From contig OZ241877.1 in the NCBI GenBank assembly GCA_965203095.1, positions 800,001 through 864,000 on the forward strand: 64,000 nt of DNA, written 5' to 3'. Numbering within the stretch: the stretch's first letter is position 1; the number at the start of each line of letters is the position of its first letter. Source of the DNA: Bdellovibrionales bacterium (GTDB lineage: Bacteria; Bdellovibrionota; Bdellovibrionia; Bdellovibrionales; UBA1609). This document shows, piece after piece, positions 43,285 to 54,035 of the stretch. The notes under the pieces are model-generated. The model was not told the origin of the DNA. It worked only from the letters and a program-made list of their open reading frames with translations, and did not search any database. The translations under genes and the position numbers were made by a program.

Positions 43285-44235
43285 TTAACCTTTAAATTGC
43301 TTTTTCATTCTCCATACAAGAAAAATAGCCAAACTGTTAAACAGTAAAGAGACCATAAACAAAGTGAAACCCACAGCCGTTAAGGAGGAGAGATGAAGGC
43401 GGGTGTCCGCCTCTGCATACTGTGTCGCCAAAACACTGGCCATAGTTTGTGAAGGGGCAAATAAAGAGGCACTCAGATCCACTTTGTTCCCTATAACCAT
43501 TGTGACGGCCATGGTTTCGCCAAAGGCTCTTCCAAAACCCAGGACCACAGCTCCCACAATGCCAGAGCAACCTCCGCCCAAAATAGCCACTTTAAACATT
43601 TCCCAACGAGTAGCCCCTAAACTCAGTGCCGCTTCTTTGTTAGAGTGAGGGACGGCCCGAAATACCTCTTTGCAAATTGAGGAGATGGTGGGTGTGATCA
43701 TAATGGCTAAAATCAGCCCCGCACACATCATGCCGATCCCATAGTAGGGGCCAGAAAATAAAGGCAAATGCCCTATATGCTCAGAGAGAAAAGGCTGGAC
43801 AGACTTTCTTAAAAAAGGGGCTAAAATAAAAACCCCCCAAAGGCCATACACAATGGAAGGGATAGCGGCCAGCATTTCCACAATAAAACCTAAAGGGACA
43901 GAAATCCAGCGAGGGGCCAACTCATTTAAAAACAAAGCAAAAGCCACACTCACAGGCACAGCAATTAACAAAGCCAAAAGGGAGCTAATAGTTGTGCCAT
44001 AAATTAGGGATAAAGCCCCGAACTCCTGTTTCCAGCTATTCCAAACCGGTTGGATAAAAAAGGAGAGTCCAAATTTTGAAAAGGCCGGCCAGCTGTTTAT
44101 AAATATTACAACTGCCATAGAGAAAAACAAAACAATAAAAGCCAATGCCAGAGCTTGAACAGCAAGAGAAAACAGCTTGTCCCCAGAATAGGTAAGTGAT
44201 TTATTCAACTCAAGGGCCTCATTGTTTTTGCTCAA
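43285..44235 (-). CDS. pstC: Phosphate ABC transporter permease PstC
   Basis: LAAIPSIVYGLWG, GRAFGETMAVTMVIGN. Confidence 0.95.
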   Translation of the reverse strand: MSKNNEALELNKSLTYSGDKLFSLAVQALALAFIVLFFSMAVVIFINSWPAFSKFGLSFFIQPVWNSWKQEFGALSLIYGTTISSLLALLIAVPVSVAFALFLNELAPRWISVPLGFIVEMLAAIPSIVYGLWGVFILAPFLRKSVQPFLSEHIGHLPLFSGPYYGIGMMCAGLILAIMITPTISSICKEVFRAVPHSNKEAALSLGATRWEMFKVAILGGGCSGIVGAVVLGFGRAFGETMAVTMVIGNKVDLSASLFAPSQTMASVLATQYAEADTRLHLSSLTAVGFTLFMVSLLFNSLAIFLVWRMKKQFKG

Positions 44236-45271
44236 ACTCTACTTGAGATAAAGTTTTGAGTGCAGATTCCGCCACTGTCTTAGGTAAGGATACAAAATGA
44301 AGAGGCTCAGCAAATTCTTGCCCTGGCCCTAAAGCCCACTTTAAAAAATTCAGTAATGCCTCCCCTTTTTGTTTTGGCATTTTTTTAGAAATGATAATAT
44401 AGGTGAAGCCGGAGAGAGGGTAAGCCCCCTTCCCCTCAATGTTAATTAGGGAACTGATATGGCTTTTTTGGCTTTTCATAGCTTGCTTGGCCGCCCATTG
44501 GATGGATTCCAAAGTGGGTTTTACCCATTGGCCAGATTTGTTTTTTATTACCGCTTGCGGGAGCTTTTGTGAAACCGCATAGCTGGCACCGATATAGGCT
44601 ATGGCTCCCTCAATTTTATTTACCAAGCCCATAATGCCCTCATTGCCTTTGCCTCCCACACCTACTGGCCAAGGGACAGACTTCCCCTTACCGATTTTTT
44701 GGACAAAGCTTTTGTCAGATTGAGCCAAGTAATCAGTCCAAAAACTGGTCGTCCCGCTGGCATCAGCCCTATAAACGACAACAATGTCCTGTTGGGGAAG
44801 GGGTAGATCGGGGTTGAGTTTTTTGATTTGAGGATTGTTCCAAAGTTTAATTTCCCCTTGAAAAATTTGAGAGAGAGTCCAGCCATCCAAGTGAAGGCTT
44901 GTTCCCTTACCTATAGGAAGATTATAAGTGACAGCCACAGCTCCTAAAGCTGTGGGAATATGAAGAATCTCTTTTTGACTGTTAGCCGTTTCTTCCTTAG
45001 GCACGGGGACATCTGTTCCGCCAAAATCCAAAGTTCCTGTAAGAAATTGACGGATCCCCCCTCCACTGCCAATGGATTGATAGTTGATAAATACTGAGGG
45101 ATCAATTTTTCGATATTCTGAAAGCCATCGAGAATATAAAATATAGGGGAAGGAGGCTCCTGCACCGTTAATAAGCAATTCCTCTGACTTTTTTTTAAAA
45201 AAGCAGGCATTCAAGCTCAAGTAGGATAAAAATAGGAGAAGAAAAGAGCTTTTTAAAATGAGGGTCTTCAT
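44219..45271 (-). CDS. pstS: Phosphate-binding protein PstS (probable lipoprotein)
   Basis: GAGASFP, YQSIGSGGG, RADASGTT, GGKGNEG; lipobox-like LNAC. Confidence 0.95.
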   Translation of the reverse strand: MKTLILKSSFLLLFLSYLSLNACFFKKKSEELLINGAGASFPYILYSRWLSEYRKIDPSVFINYQSIGSGGGIRQFLTGTLDFGGTDVPVPKEETANSQKEILHIPTALGAVAVTYNLPIGKGTSLHLDGWTLSQIFQGEIKLWNNPQIKKLNPDLPLPQQDIVVVYRADASGTTSFWTDYLAQSDKSFVQKIGKGKSVPWPVGVGGKGNEGIMGLVNKIEGAIAYIGASYAVSQKLPQAVIKNKSGQWVKPTLESIQWAAKQAMKSQKSHISSLINIEGKGAYPLSGFTYIIISKKMPKQKGEALLNFLKWALGPGQEFAEPLHFVSLPKTVAESALKTLSQVEFEQKQ

Positions 45272-45459
45272 CCTTTTCTCTATTTTTTAAAAAAGAAATG
45301 TTCCACCTGATTTGTGACTTACTTTACAGGCCAGCCTTTGTCCATACATTTTTTTAAATTCATAGCACTTTATTTGAGACGGCTTTTTTAGTTGGTTTTT
45401 GCCCTCATTTCAATCCCTTTTCCGCATGTGCACTGGATATTAAACTGGAAAATCAGCCT

Positions 45460-45662
45460 TTCCTGTAAATGTTCAGTATTTCACTGACAGAATTTATTTA
45501 AGTTTCTTTGCCTAAAGGTCCGTCCCATTTCGGGACGGCAATACCTTGGACCCTTATGGGACGGCCTTTAGGCAAAAACACATAGACTTTCTCAGCTTGC
45601 CCTTGCTAAGTTTGCCAAAAAGTTCCCCAAACTTTTTGGCTCCCGTGAAAACGGGAATCCAG
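45460..45662. repeat. Rearranged composite of the same repeat modules
   Basis: Reverse end module 45460-45493, core hairpin 45507-45576, hairpin 45614-45640, REP TCCCGTGAAAACGGGAATCCAG 45641-45662. Confidence 0.85.
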
Positions 45663-45824
45663 AAAAGCCGGTTTTTGTGAAAACAGGGGTTCTTCCCGCA
45701 AAGCACCTATTTTTATGCCATAAAGGATTTTTTTCTACAGTTTTTTAGCCTTTCTGACGATAAAGTATTACAGCCCTTTTAAAATTGTGTGTTGTTTTAT
45801 CTCATTTTAAATAAGGAAGGCTTT

Positions 45825-48800
45825 ATGCCCCTTGGTTTTTTGCTTTTTCTTTTTTTTGCCTCTTCCGCCCTTCCTGAAAATGCAAAAATCCCTAAAGCCT
45901 CTTTAAATGAACTAAGCCTTCAAGTGGCAGGGCAAACTCAAAAAACTCTTACAAAAAGTCTTAGCCAGTATATCGCAAAAGCTCTTAAGCCAAAATTAAG
46001 GAAAAGGCTTTATGCTCAGGCAGAAAATCCTCCTGGCAGTTCACCTTTTTTTGAAAAAAGACTTCATCACAAAACACAAACAAATCCCTCTCCCCCCTGC
46101 CATATCAATAGGGAATGTTTAAATCAGTTGCACAATAAGCTCTTAAACAAAAAGGATGAAGATAGCATACATTTTAACTGCCAATGGGCTTATAGGAACA
46201 ATCATCTCTGTTGTAAGGACCCTACGGGCTGTTTCCTCTCTTATGCTACAGATGAGATTAAAGAGGAGTTAGATGATAAGCTCAAGACTCTTGTTGTATC
46301 TCAAGCTTGCTCTCAGGAGGGGATTTCTTCTTTAAACTCTTTTTTGTCTGACTTTCAGGGGGATTTTTGCGAAAAGGGAGTTCGGCATTGTAAAGAGTTT
46401 TGTGAGCATACACTTAGGGATTTTCAGCAAAGTTTTAGGGCTTGTTTTTCCATAAAAAAATCGGTTTCTATAGATGAGGCATTGAGGAGAGCCAGGCAAG
46501 ATCCCTTATGTCACAGGGAAATGAGCAAAGTATCTCAAATTTATAAAGAATTGAGTTTTGATTCTTTGAGTGGTTTTTATAAAAATTTGAAGTGGGAGTC
46601 TTTGTTGAGTTTTCGTGAGGATCTTTCGTTTGAGGATTTTGTGGATTGTGAGCGGGTGAGGGAGGGGAAGGGGGATGAGAGTTTTAAAAGCTCAGCTTTT
46701 TCTATGTGTCAGATGGCAGGAACTATAGAATCAGGAAGGAAACTTCTTGCAAGGGCTAAGGCAAACAGGGAAGGTTCAGAGGAGGAGGAAAACTCAGAGG
46801 AAAACTCAAATGATGAAGATTCTCATCCTGTGAGTGCTACTAGTGGAAATTTTGCGGGCGGAGTTTATCAGCCTTCGGCTTTAGTTCCTACTCCTACAAA
46901 AATTTTTCCTGATGAAGGAAAAGGCTTGCTGGAAGAAGACAAAAAGGATTTGAGTAGGAGAGAGCTTTCCTCTGTAAAAGAACCTTCATTAAAAGAACCT
47001 TTACTTAAAAGCCCAGCAAGTTCTGTTTTAGAAAAAGGCTTATCTTCTACAAAAGCTATAGTGGGAAAAACCCAAGAAAGCTCTCAATCAAATCCTCAAT
47101 CTATTAAAAATCCTCAATCTATTAACAAGGCCAAAGCTCCTTTTCCCCCTCAAGCTGTTAATTCACTGGGATCAGGGGCAAAAATTCCTGAAGGAGCTTA
47201 TAAAGCCCCCTCTTATGAAGATTATTTAGGAGGGAGGTCCCCTTCTTCAAAAATATCTTCTTCAGAAAAGGCGTGGAGAGAATTGTTTGAAGACTCTCCC
47301 CTATCTAAAGAACCCCAAGGTTTTTTTGAAAAAACAGAGGATTTTTGGTTTCATTTTGTTGGGAAACCCCGTCAATACTTCAGTAAGTTGTGGTTTTCTA
47401 AGCTTAGGGGTGGCCCACAAGTGGTCTATCAGATGCTGTTTCAATCGGTATCAGCCCCTCAATTAGAGCCTTTGTTTGTTCAGGAACATCAAAAGTATCT
47501 TCCTCAACCTGTTTTTAAAAGCTATGATCTTCTGAGAGGAAAACCCGCTGGTCTTTTAGTTGAAATCAAATACAAATTGCCCAAGCTTTGTCTTCAGTTG
47601 AGAGGTCCTAAAAAATGTTTCCCAAAAAGAGAGTTTAAGTTAAAATTACAGGTTAAAGAGGATAAAAATATTCCTACCTTTTGCCATTCTGTAAGTAAAG
47701 AGGAAGGGAGGCTTGTAATAGAGGCGGATGATAAAAATGAAGAGCCTTGTTTTTTTAATAGTGAGGAGTTTTTTTCATCAAGGGATTCTCATAAGGTTCA
47801 TAAAAATTCCTCTCAAGATTTTTTTGAAGGCTCAGTTTTTAAGTTGATAGAGTTTCCCACAAGATTTATAGAGCCTGTGGATTTGAAGGAGTATATTGAT
47901 ATTGGTGAGCTGACAAACATTAGTTATCCTTTCAATGTTTTGCTTTCTTTTTCTGGTTTTAATGATCGGGTAGTGAAGGATATTGATGGTGAAAATTCCC
48001 ATGTTCCGGTTCGTATAAACATTGTGGAGTTGAAAAAGGCTTTTTTGCCAGATATGTCTATTCTTCGGTCGATGAGGAATGGGGAAAGAGCTACTCCGGG
48101 GAAGTCTATTTTAAAGCTATTTCGTGCAAGGGAGAAAGAAATCATTTTGCCCAATATGTCTGTTTTAGAAAACAGAGTATCTTGGAAGAAGGGCTTAGGG
48201 AATTGTGAAGATAATGTTGAGGCTTATTTTAAGACAAAGCTTTCGTCCGCAAATATTTTTTGCGTCAATGCTTTAGATCTTTTGCCGTTAAAAATAGGCT
48301 GGACGAGGATTAAAGGAGCTGAAGGAGTTGAGAAAATTGTAGGGGTTAAAGGAACTAAAGAGGCCGAAAGGATTAAAAGAGCAGAGGAAAATCATAAAAG
48401 ATGCATTTTAAGTGAGGAGGAAGCCGAGATAAATGCCAAAATCCCAAACTGGGGGGAAAGCAGTAAAAATGGCTATAAAATGACAGATTTGGAAAAAGTT
48501 CAAGCCTTTGCTTCTTCAGAGGAGATAAGAATTTTTGTGCCCACAGTGTTTCCCATTGCGGAGATCAGCTCAGAGGTTTTAAGGACTACAGTAGGTAAAG
48601 ATTTTGTTATTGGGAGTTGTGATACTTATACAACAGCTCAAGAATATTCGTCTTTTCAAAAAGATTCTGTTCCCGATTTAGATTTTTGCCGGGAGATTTA
48701 TGTTCATCCTAAACTTTATCATCGTTATCAAACTTATGGTTTGTTAAATGACCTTCAACTTTTAGAGGATGAAAGATTTAAAGGCGATTTTAGCAAACTT

Positions 48801-49740
48801 ATTGTTGTGGTTCCAAGGGATTATTTTGTCTACCATGGTATTCAAAGGGAGGGGGAGCATGAACCAGAAGTTTATGGCTGGACCCCTTTGCCTCATTTTA
48901 AACAGACGACTGGGGGGGTATTTGTCCTATTCTGGTTGGGGTTTTCTTGGAGGAATTACTTTTATTCGGGAGGATCAGTTGGATCGAGGGGTTTTAAGCC
49001 ATGAGTTGGCTCATCTTTTAGGCCAGCGGAGGGATTTTTATGATCAAGAGGGAAAGCAACAGCAAAAGTGCCGCAGGTTTTCCGGGGATGAGTTGATTCC
49101 TTGTGATGGATACAAAATCCCAAGGGCTTTAGAGGTTAAATTAGATAAGGAGAACAAACAAATTTGGCAATTTATAAGAAATAGATTCAGCATTATGGAC
49201 AATAAAAATGAGCCTGATATTGAAAATGTTTTAGAAATTTTATGGATAGATCGGGAGAGCCATCAGAGAGTGTTTTCACCTTACGCTAAAGTCAGTTCTG
49301 TTCTTTACGAGATTAAAAATTTTAGAAGCCATTTACCTAAAAAGAAGATTAAACCAAAAAAGCTTTTAGTTTCTGGTTTTTACGATAAGAAGAGGAATCG
49401 GTTTTTATCTCCTCAGTTGAGGGTTTTAGAGACGGACGGGATAACTCCTTCTTTATCTAAGGACTGGGATGTGAAGGAAGTGTCTTTAGTTTCATTTCAT
49501 GTAAAAAACAGGGAGGGCTCTCCTTTGCAGACGATTCGTCGTCCTGCTTTTGATGTGGAATCTCGGTTTCTTTATGAGGAGGGGAAGAGTAGAGAATGTG
49601 GTTCCAAGTCTTTTGGTTTATCGATGGTTTCAGCTATTTTTAATTTATCAAAGTTGAAGACGGAGGCAAAGGATCTCAAACTTTCGGTTTTTGGCCCGGA
49701 GGGGGAGGAAATTTTTTCCTCCTTCTTGCCTGAGGATTGA
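45825..49740 (+). CDS. Large secreted Cys-rich protein with C-terminal HExxH zinc-metalloprotease-like motif, interrupted by a frameshift (candidate G7 run 48912-48918)
   Basis: Signal-peptide-like MPLGFLLFLFFASSA; ORFs 45789-49004 and 48769-49740 overlap; G7->G6 gives ...KQTTGGYLSYSG...SHELAHLLGQ. Confidence 0.55.
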
Positions 49741-49766
49741 CAAAATCCCATAAAATAGTTTATAGT
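49737..49766 (+). promoter_or_regulatory. Putative sigma70 promoter
   Basis: TTGACA-N18-TATAGT, 9 nt before ATG 49776. Confidence 0.45.
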
Positions 49767-49775
49767 TTTTTCATT

Positions 49776-50372
49776 ATGAAGTTCTTTTTTGTTTTATATT
49801 TATTATTTTTTTCTTCAAATGCTATGGCTTGGACCGGGTATTGGGAGAGAGCCACTCGTGGTCCTCTTCGTCAGATTGTGCTTTCTGGTTATTATGTCCC
49901 TGAAGATGAAAAGGAGTTCGAGAAGTCGGAGGAACATTATCGAACATGGGGCTACTTAGAAGAAGGGGAATCTTTTAAAGAAAGCTCACTTTATGGAGGA
50001 GAAGGAAAAGAGCGTTATGGGGGGAAGAGGAAGTATTGTCACAAAGAAACAGATCCTGATGATGAGGGCTATACGGTGATTTTTAATCCTAATTTAAGGG
50101 CAAGGCTTTATGATAAGGAGTGGAATCTTTTAACAGAGGATTATTTGAGGAGTTCTCAGCCGGAAATGTATACTCCATTTACTTGGAGAGTTAGATCTTA
50201 TGTTCCCTACCATCCGGAGGCTTATTATCTAAGAGTTGTAAGACTTGTTGAAAATAAGGAGGTTGCTGTTCTTAGAGAAACAAGAGTTAACACTTTAAAG
50301 TGGTTGAAAAGTGGAGGCAGTAGCTACCGGTATGATAAATTCTTAAAATGCTATCGTGTCTATCACATCTAA
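49776..50372 (+). CDS. Secreted hypothetical protein, paralog 1
   Basis: Signal peptide MKFFFVLYLLFFSSNAMA; clearly similar to the next gene. Confidence 0.7.
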   Translation: MKFFFVLYLLFFSSNAMAWTGYWERATRGPLRQIVLSGYYVPEDEKEFEKSEEHYRTWGYLEEGESFKESSLYGGEGKERYGGKRKYCHKETDPDDEGYTVIFNPNLRARLYDKEWNLLTEDYLRSSQPEMYTPFTWRVRSYVPYHPEAYYLRVVRLVENKEVAVLRETRVNTLKWLKSGGSSYRYDKFLKCYRVYHI

Positions 50373-50410
50373 CTCCCCTTTTTACTCCTAAAAAATTGTA
50401 GTTTTTGATT

Positions 50411-51047
50411 ATGAAGTTATTTTTTGTTTTCTACTTATTGCTTTTTTCTTTAAATGCTGAGGCTTGGAGAATGCCTTGGGAGAGGGAAGATCCCGGTCCC
50501 CTTCGTGAAATTAGGATTCGAGGTTCTTACACCCCTGAAGATGAAAGGGAGTTAAGGGAATTGAAGGAGTCGGAGGAGTATTACCGTGAAATTGGCTTTT
50601 TAGAGGAAAATGAGGCATTAAAAGATAAATACCCTTTTGTCAATTATCGATATGGAGAGGAGCGCTTTGGTTTTTCTAATAATTATACTGGGTTTAAGTA
50701 TTGCCATACAAAACTTCCGGAAAAGTGGAAATACAAGTTTACTGTGGATCCAAAATTAAGAGACCCGAATTTGAGCACTCCGGATTTAAGGGTCCGGCTT
50801 TATGATGGGAGGGGGAATTTTTTATCAGAGGATCGCTTACGAAGTGGAGAATATGAAATAGGTTCTCGTTTCACTTGGATTGTGGAAGCCTATTCCCTAT
50901 CATCCGGAAGCACGAAAAACAAGAGTTGTGAGATTAGAAGAGGGTAAGGAGATAGTTCTTCGGGAAAGAGGACTATACACTTTAGAGGAGCTTCGCTCTG
51001 AGAAGATCAGTATAGTGTATGATAATGTATGGGACTGTTATATGTAA
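50411..51047 (+). pseudogene. Secreted hypothetical protein, paralog 2, frameshifted at ~50894
   Basis: After EAY the other frame reads PYHPEARKTRVVRLEEGKEIVLRE...WDCYM*, matching paralog 1 PYHPEAYYLRVVRLVENKEVAVLRE...KCY. Confidence 0.75.
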
Positions 51048-51420
51048 GGCCCATAATCCTTCCTAAACCCCACAGTTTTTAACATTATGAAATTGTTTTT
51101 TATTTGTGTGGCTGTTCCAAATTGAGAATAGGATTTAAGCTCATCTTGTATTGGCTTTAGATCTTTATCTTTTATAAAGACCATCTGTTGATCCATTTAA
51201 CAATTCGCTCCTGATAAATTGTTATTTCAAAGTGAAGGGTTTTTCCAATCCTGTGAGGCTACTTTTTACCATTTGACCCCCCTCTTAAAATGATTATCTA
51301 AGAGCAATTTAATCGATCATACCAGCCTCTGTCAAAAATTTTTACCATAAATCTTAAATTTTTTCATTAAACACTCTAAAAAAATATGTTAAACTCTAAA
51401 TCCAGAACCTTTGTGAAATT

Positions 51421-52881
51421 ATGTCTACAAATACAAAACCTATCGAATGTTTGGGAAGTTATATCAGAGGGGATTTTGAGTTTTCTCCCTCTCTTTCGCC
51501 CAATAAAAATTTTGAACAGGTCCGCAAAAGTCCGGCAGATTTTGAGGACATTGTTTTCCGGCAAGTCCCAACCCCGCTTTCTTCTATAACTTTAGCTGTA
51601 AAAGAAGGGGAAAAAGCTTATCTCCCATGGACCCGGCTAAAACCAGAAGAGCGAGCCAAAAAGCTGGCACCACTAAAACAAATAATAAAGAGGAACTTGC
51701 CAGAGCTTTCACAAACTATATCTCGTGAAATAGGCAAACCCCTTTGGGAAAGTGAGGGGGAAGTAAAATCCCTTATTGCCAAAGTAGATTTTGTTTTAAA
51801 AGAGGGTTTGAATCGCATCCGGAAACAAGAGATTTTACCAGCTAAAGGGCAAATCCGTTTTAAAAGTCGTGGGCTTTTTGTTGTGGTTGGGCCTTTTAAT
51901 TTTCCCATGCATCTGCCCTTAGGGCAAATTTTGCCCGCTCTAATCAGTGGCAATACAGTAATTTTTAAACCATCGGAAAAAGCCCCCGCTACTGGGCAAA
52001 AACTAGCGGAACTGTTTCACAAATTGAATCTTCCAGTAGGGGTTTTTCAAATGTTAACAGGTGGGGCCCGCTTGTCGGCAAAGCTTTGCACTCAGCCCTT
52101 AGTGGATGGTGTTTTTTTTACGGGTTCTTTTAAAACAGGCCAAAAAATCAAAGAGGCTTTGCTTAAAGACCCTTTTAAAATTTTGGCTTTGGAAATGGGA
52201 GGATACAACAGTGCTTTGATTTGGGACAACTCCTCTATAGAGCAGGCTTTAACAGAAAGCCTTAAAGGGAGTTTTTTTTCTGCTGGGCAAAGGTGCTCCT
52301 CCACTTCACAGATCATCCTTCACAAAAGTCTTTCAGAGGAGTTTGCCAAAGAGTTTGTCCGCCAAGCCCAAAAGCTTTCTGTAGATCATTACAGCCAAAA
52401 CCCTTTTATGGGCCCTTTAATTGATCAACAGGCGGTGCAGAGGCATTTTTCCTTTCAAAAAGAGATTCAAAAAGCTGGAGGGGAAACTTTGTTAGAAAGC
52501 CATCTTCTCAAAAGCAAAAAGGGCCATTATGTTGGCCCTGGAATTTACAAAATGAGTTTCACTGCTGGATCCCCCATAGGGACAGAGGAGACCTTCACCC
52601 CACAAGTAATCTTGTATGAAACAGAGGATTTAGATCAGGCTTTAGATATAATCCATCACTCTCAATATGGCTTGAGCTTATCGCTATTTACAAAAGATCC
52701 GGCACTGAGGGAGGAAATGTTTTACCGTGCCAAAGTGGGCTTAATTCATTACAATTTGTCCACCATTGGGGCAAGCGGATTTTTGCCCTTTGGAGGTTTA
52801 GGAAAATCTGGGAACGACCGCCCTGCAGGAGCTTTTGCTATTGACTCTTGTGTCAGCCCCTTGGCGGAAAGATTTGCTTGA
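51421..52881 (+). CDS. astD: Succinylglutamate-semialdehyde dehydrogenase (aldehyde dehydrogenase family)
   Basis: GPFNFPMHLP, KPSE, FTGS, LALEMGG, SAGQRC, PFGGLGKSGNDRP. Confidence 0.75.
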   Translation: MSTNTKPIECLGSYIRGDFEFSPSLSPNKNFEQVRKSPADFEDIVFRQVPTPLSSITLAVKEGEKAYLPWTRLKPEERAKKLAPLKQIIKRNLPELSQTISREIGKPLWESEGEVKSLIAKVDFVLKEGLNRIRKQEILPAKGQIRFKSRGLFVVVGPFNFPMHLPLGQILPALISGNTVIFKPSEKAPATGQKLAELFHKLNLPVGVFQMLTGGARLSAKLCTQPLVDGVFFTGSFKTGQKIKEALLKDPFKILALEMGGYNSALIWDNSSIEQALTESLKGSFFSAGQRCSSTSQIILHKSLSEEFAKEFVRQAQKLSVDHYSQNPFMGPLIDQQAVQRHFSFQKEIQKAGGETLLESHLLKSKKGHYVGPGIYKMSFTAGSPIGTEETFTPQVILYETEDLDQALDIIHHSQYGLSLSLFTKDPALREEMFYRAKVGLIHYNLSTIGASGFLPFGGLGKSGNDRPAGAFAIDSCVSPLAERFA

Positions 52882-52882
52882 T

Positions 52883-53890
52883 ATGAAAAAACTGCTTTTG
52901 GGCCTTCTTTTTGCTATTGGATTTTTTATTTCACTTTTTAGTGGCTATCGGTTGTTTTGGCCTATAGGGGGGGAAAGCCAAGAGCTTTCTCTTGATGTTC
53001 CCCCTGGGCAAAGTTTTTATAAAATAGCAGAAGAACTGGCTGAAAAAAGGCTTATTCGCTCTTCTTGGGATATGAAAGTTCTGGTTAAATTGGCCCATTC
53101 CCCCTCCCTCCCCCAAGGCTTGTATAAGCTTTCCTCTGAAATGTCCCTTTGGCGTATTTTTCAAAAAATCCGGAGGGGCCGGGAAGAGCTTTTTTCCATC
53201 TCTTTTCCCGAAGGCTTTAACCACTATGAAATGGGGGAACTTTTAAAAAGCCAAAACTGGCCTGCTGGGGAGTTTTTTTTAAAGCGGGCAAGAGATAAAA
53301 AACTGATTCAGAAACTTTTAAAACAAAATTTCAACTCCTTTGAAGGTTATTTGTTTCCGGACACCTATCATTTAGGAAAATATACTTCTGCTGAAGATCT
53401 AATTGAAATGATGACTAAAAAACAAAAAGAGGTTTATAAAAAACTTTCCCCTTTGCCTTTGCCCATCCCGCTGAGCACTCACCAAATTGTCACCTTAGCC
53501 AGCCTGATTGAAAAAGAGACCGGACAAGCCAAAGAGCGAGCTTTAATTGCTGGGGTATTTTACAACCGGCTCCGGAAAAACATGAAACTTCAAACAGACC
53601 CCAGCATACTTTATGCCCTTTACTTGGTCCAAGGTTTTGAAAGAGAGAAGAATATCCGGAAAAAAGACATTTTATTCCCTTCAGCTTATAATACTTATGT
53701 AATTCAGGGCCTTCCCCCGGGGCCTATAGCCAATCCAGGGGAAAAAAGCCTTCAAGCGGTTTTCACTCCAGAACCTTCTGATTATCTTTACTTTGTGAGT
53801 AAAAATGACGGAAGTCATAAGTTTTCAAAAAATTATAAAGAGCATAAGAAAGCGGTTTATAAGTATCAGATTCAGCCCTTTCAAAAATAG
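52883..53890 (+). CDS. mltG: Endolytic transglycosylase MltG
   Basis: EGYLFPDTY, LASLIEKE, LQTDP, YNTY..GLPPGPIANPG, YLYFV. Confidence 0.93.
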   Translation: MKKLLLGLLFAIGFFISLFSGYRLFWPIGGESQELSLDVPPGQSFYKIAEELAEKRLIRSSWDMKVLVKLAHSPSLPQGLYKLSSEMSLWRIFQKIRRGREELFSISFPEGFNHYEMGELLKSQNWPAGEFFLKRARDKKLIQKLLKQNFNSFEGYLFPDTYHLGKYTSAEDLIEMMTKKQKEVYKKLSPLPLPIPLSTHQIVTLASLIEKETGQAKERALIAGVFYNRLRKNMKLQTDPSILYALYLVQGFEREKNIRKKDILFPSAYNTYVIQGLPPGPIANPGEKSLQAVFTPEPSDYLYFVSKNDGSHKFSKNYKEHKKAVYKYQIQPFQK

Positions 53891-54035
53891 AAGATAGGGC
53901 TTTAAGAAAACTGATAAAAAAGCTATTGACAGCTCACCCTGGGTATGACCTAATAATGAAAGAATAATATCTAACTTTTCGCCAACTTCTAAAACAGGAT
54001 GGATTCCGGTTCGGGCTATGGATAAACTATAAAAG

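Noticed and set aside
45300..45335. Pho box upstream of pstS (minus strand CTGTAAAGTAAGTCACA)
   Set aside because: Half-sites lack the 11-bp periodicity of a PhoB box
51037..51195. ~52-codon minus-strand ORF (MDQQMVFIKDK...)
   Set aside because: Distant RBS, no recognisable motif, overlaps the paralog remnants
53926..53957. sigma70 promoter for mreB (TTGACA at 53926)
   Set aside because: No convincing -10 hexamer at 16-18 bp spacing
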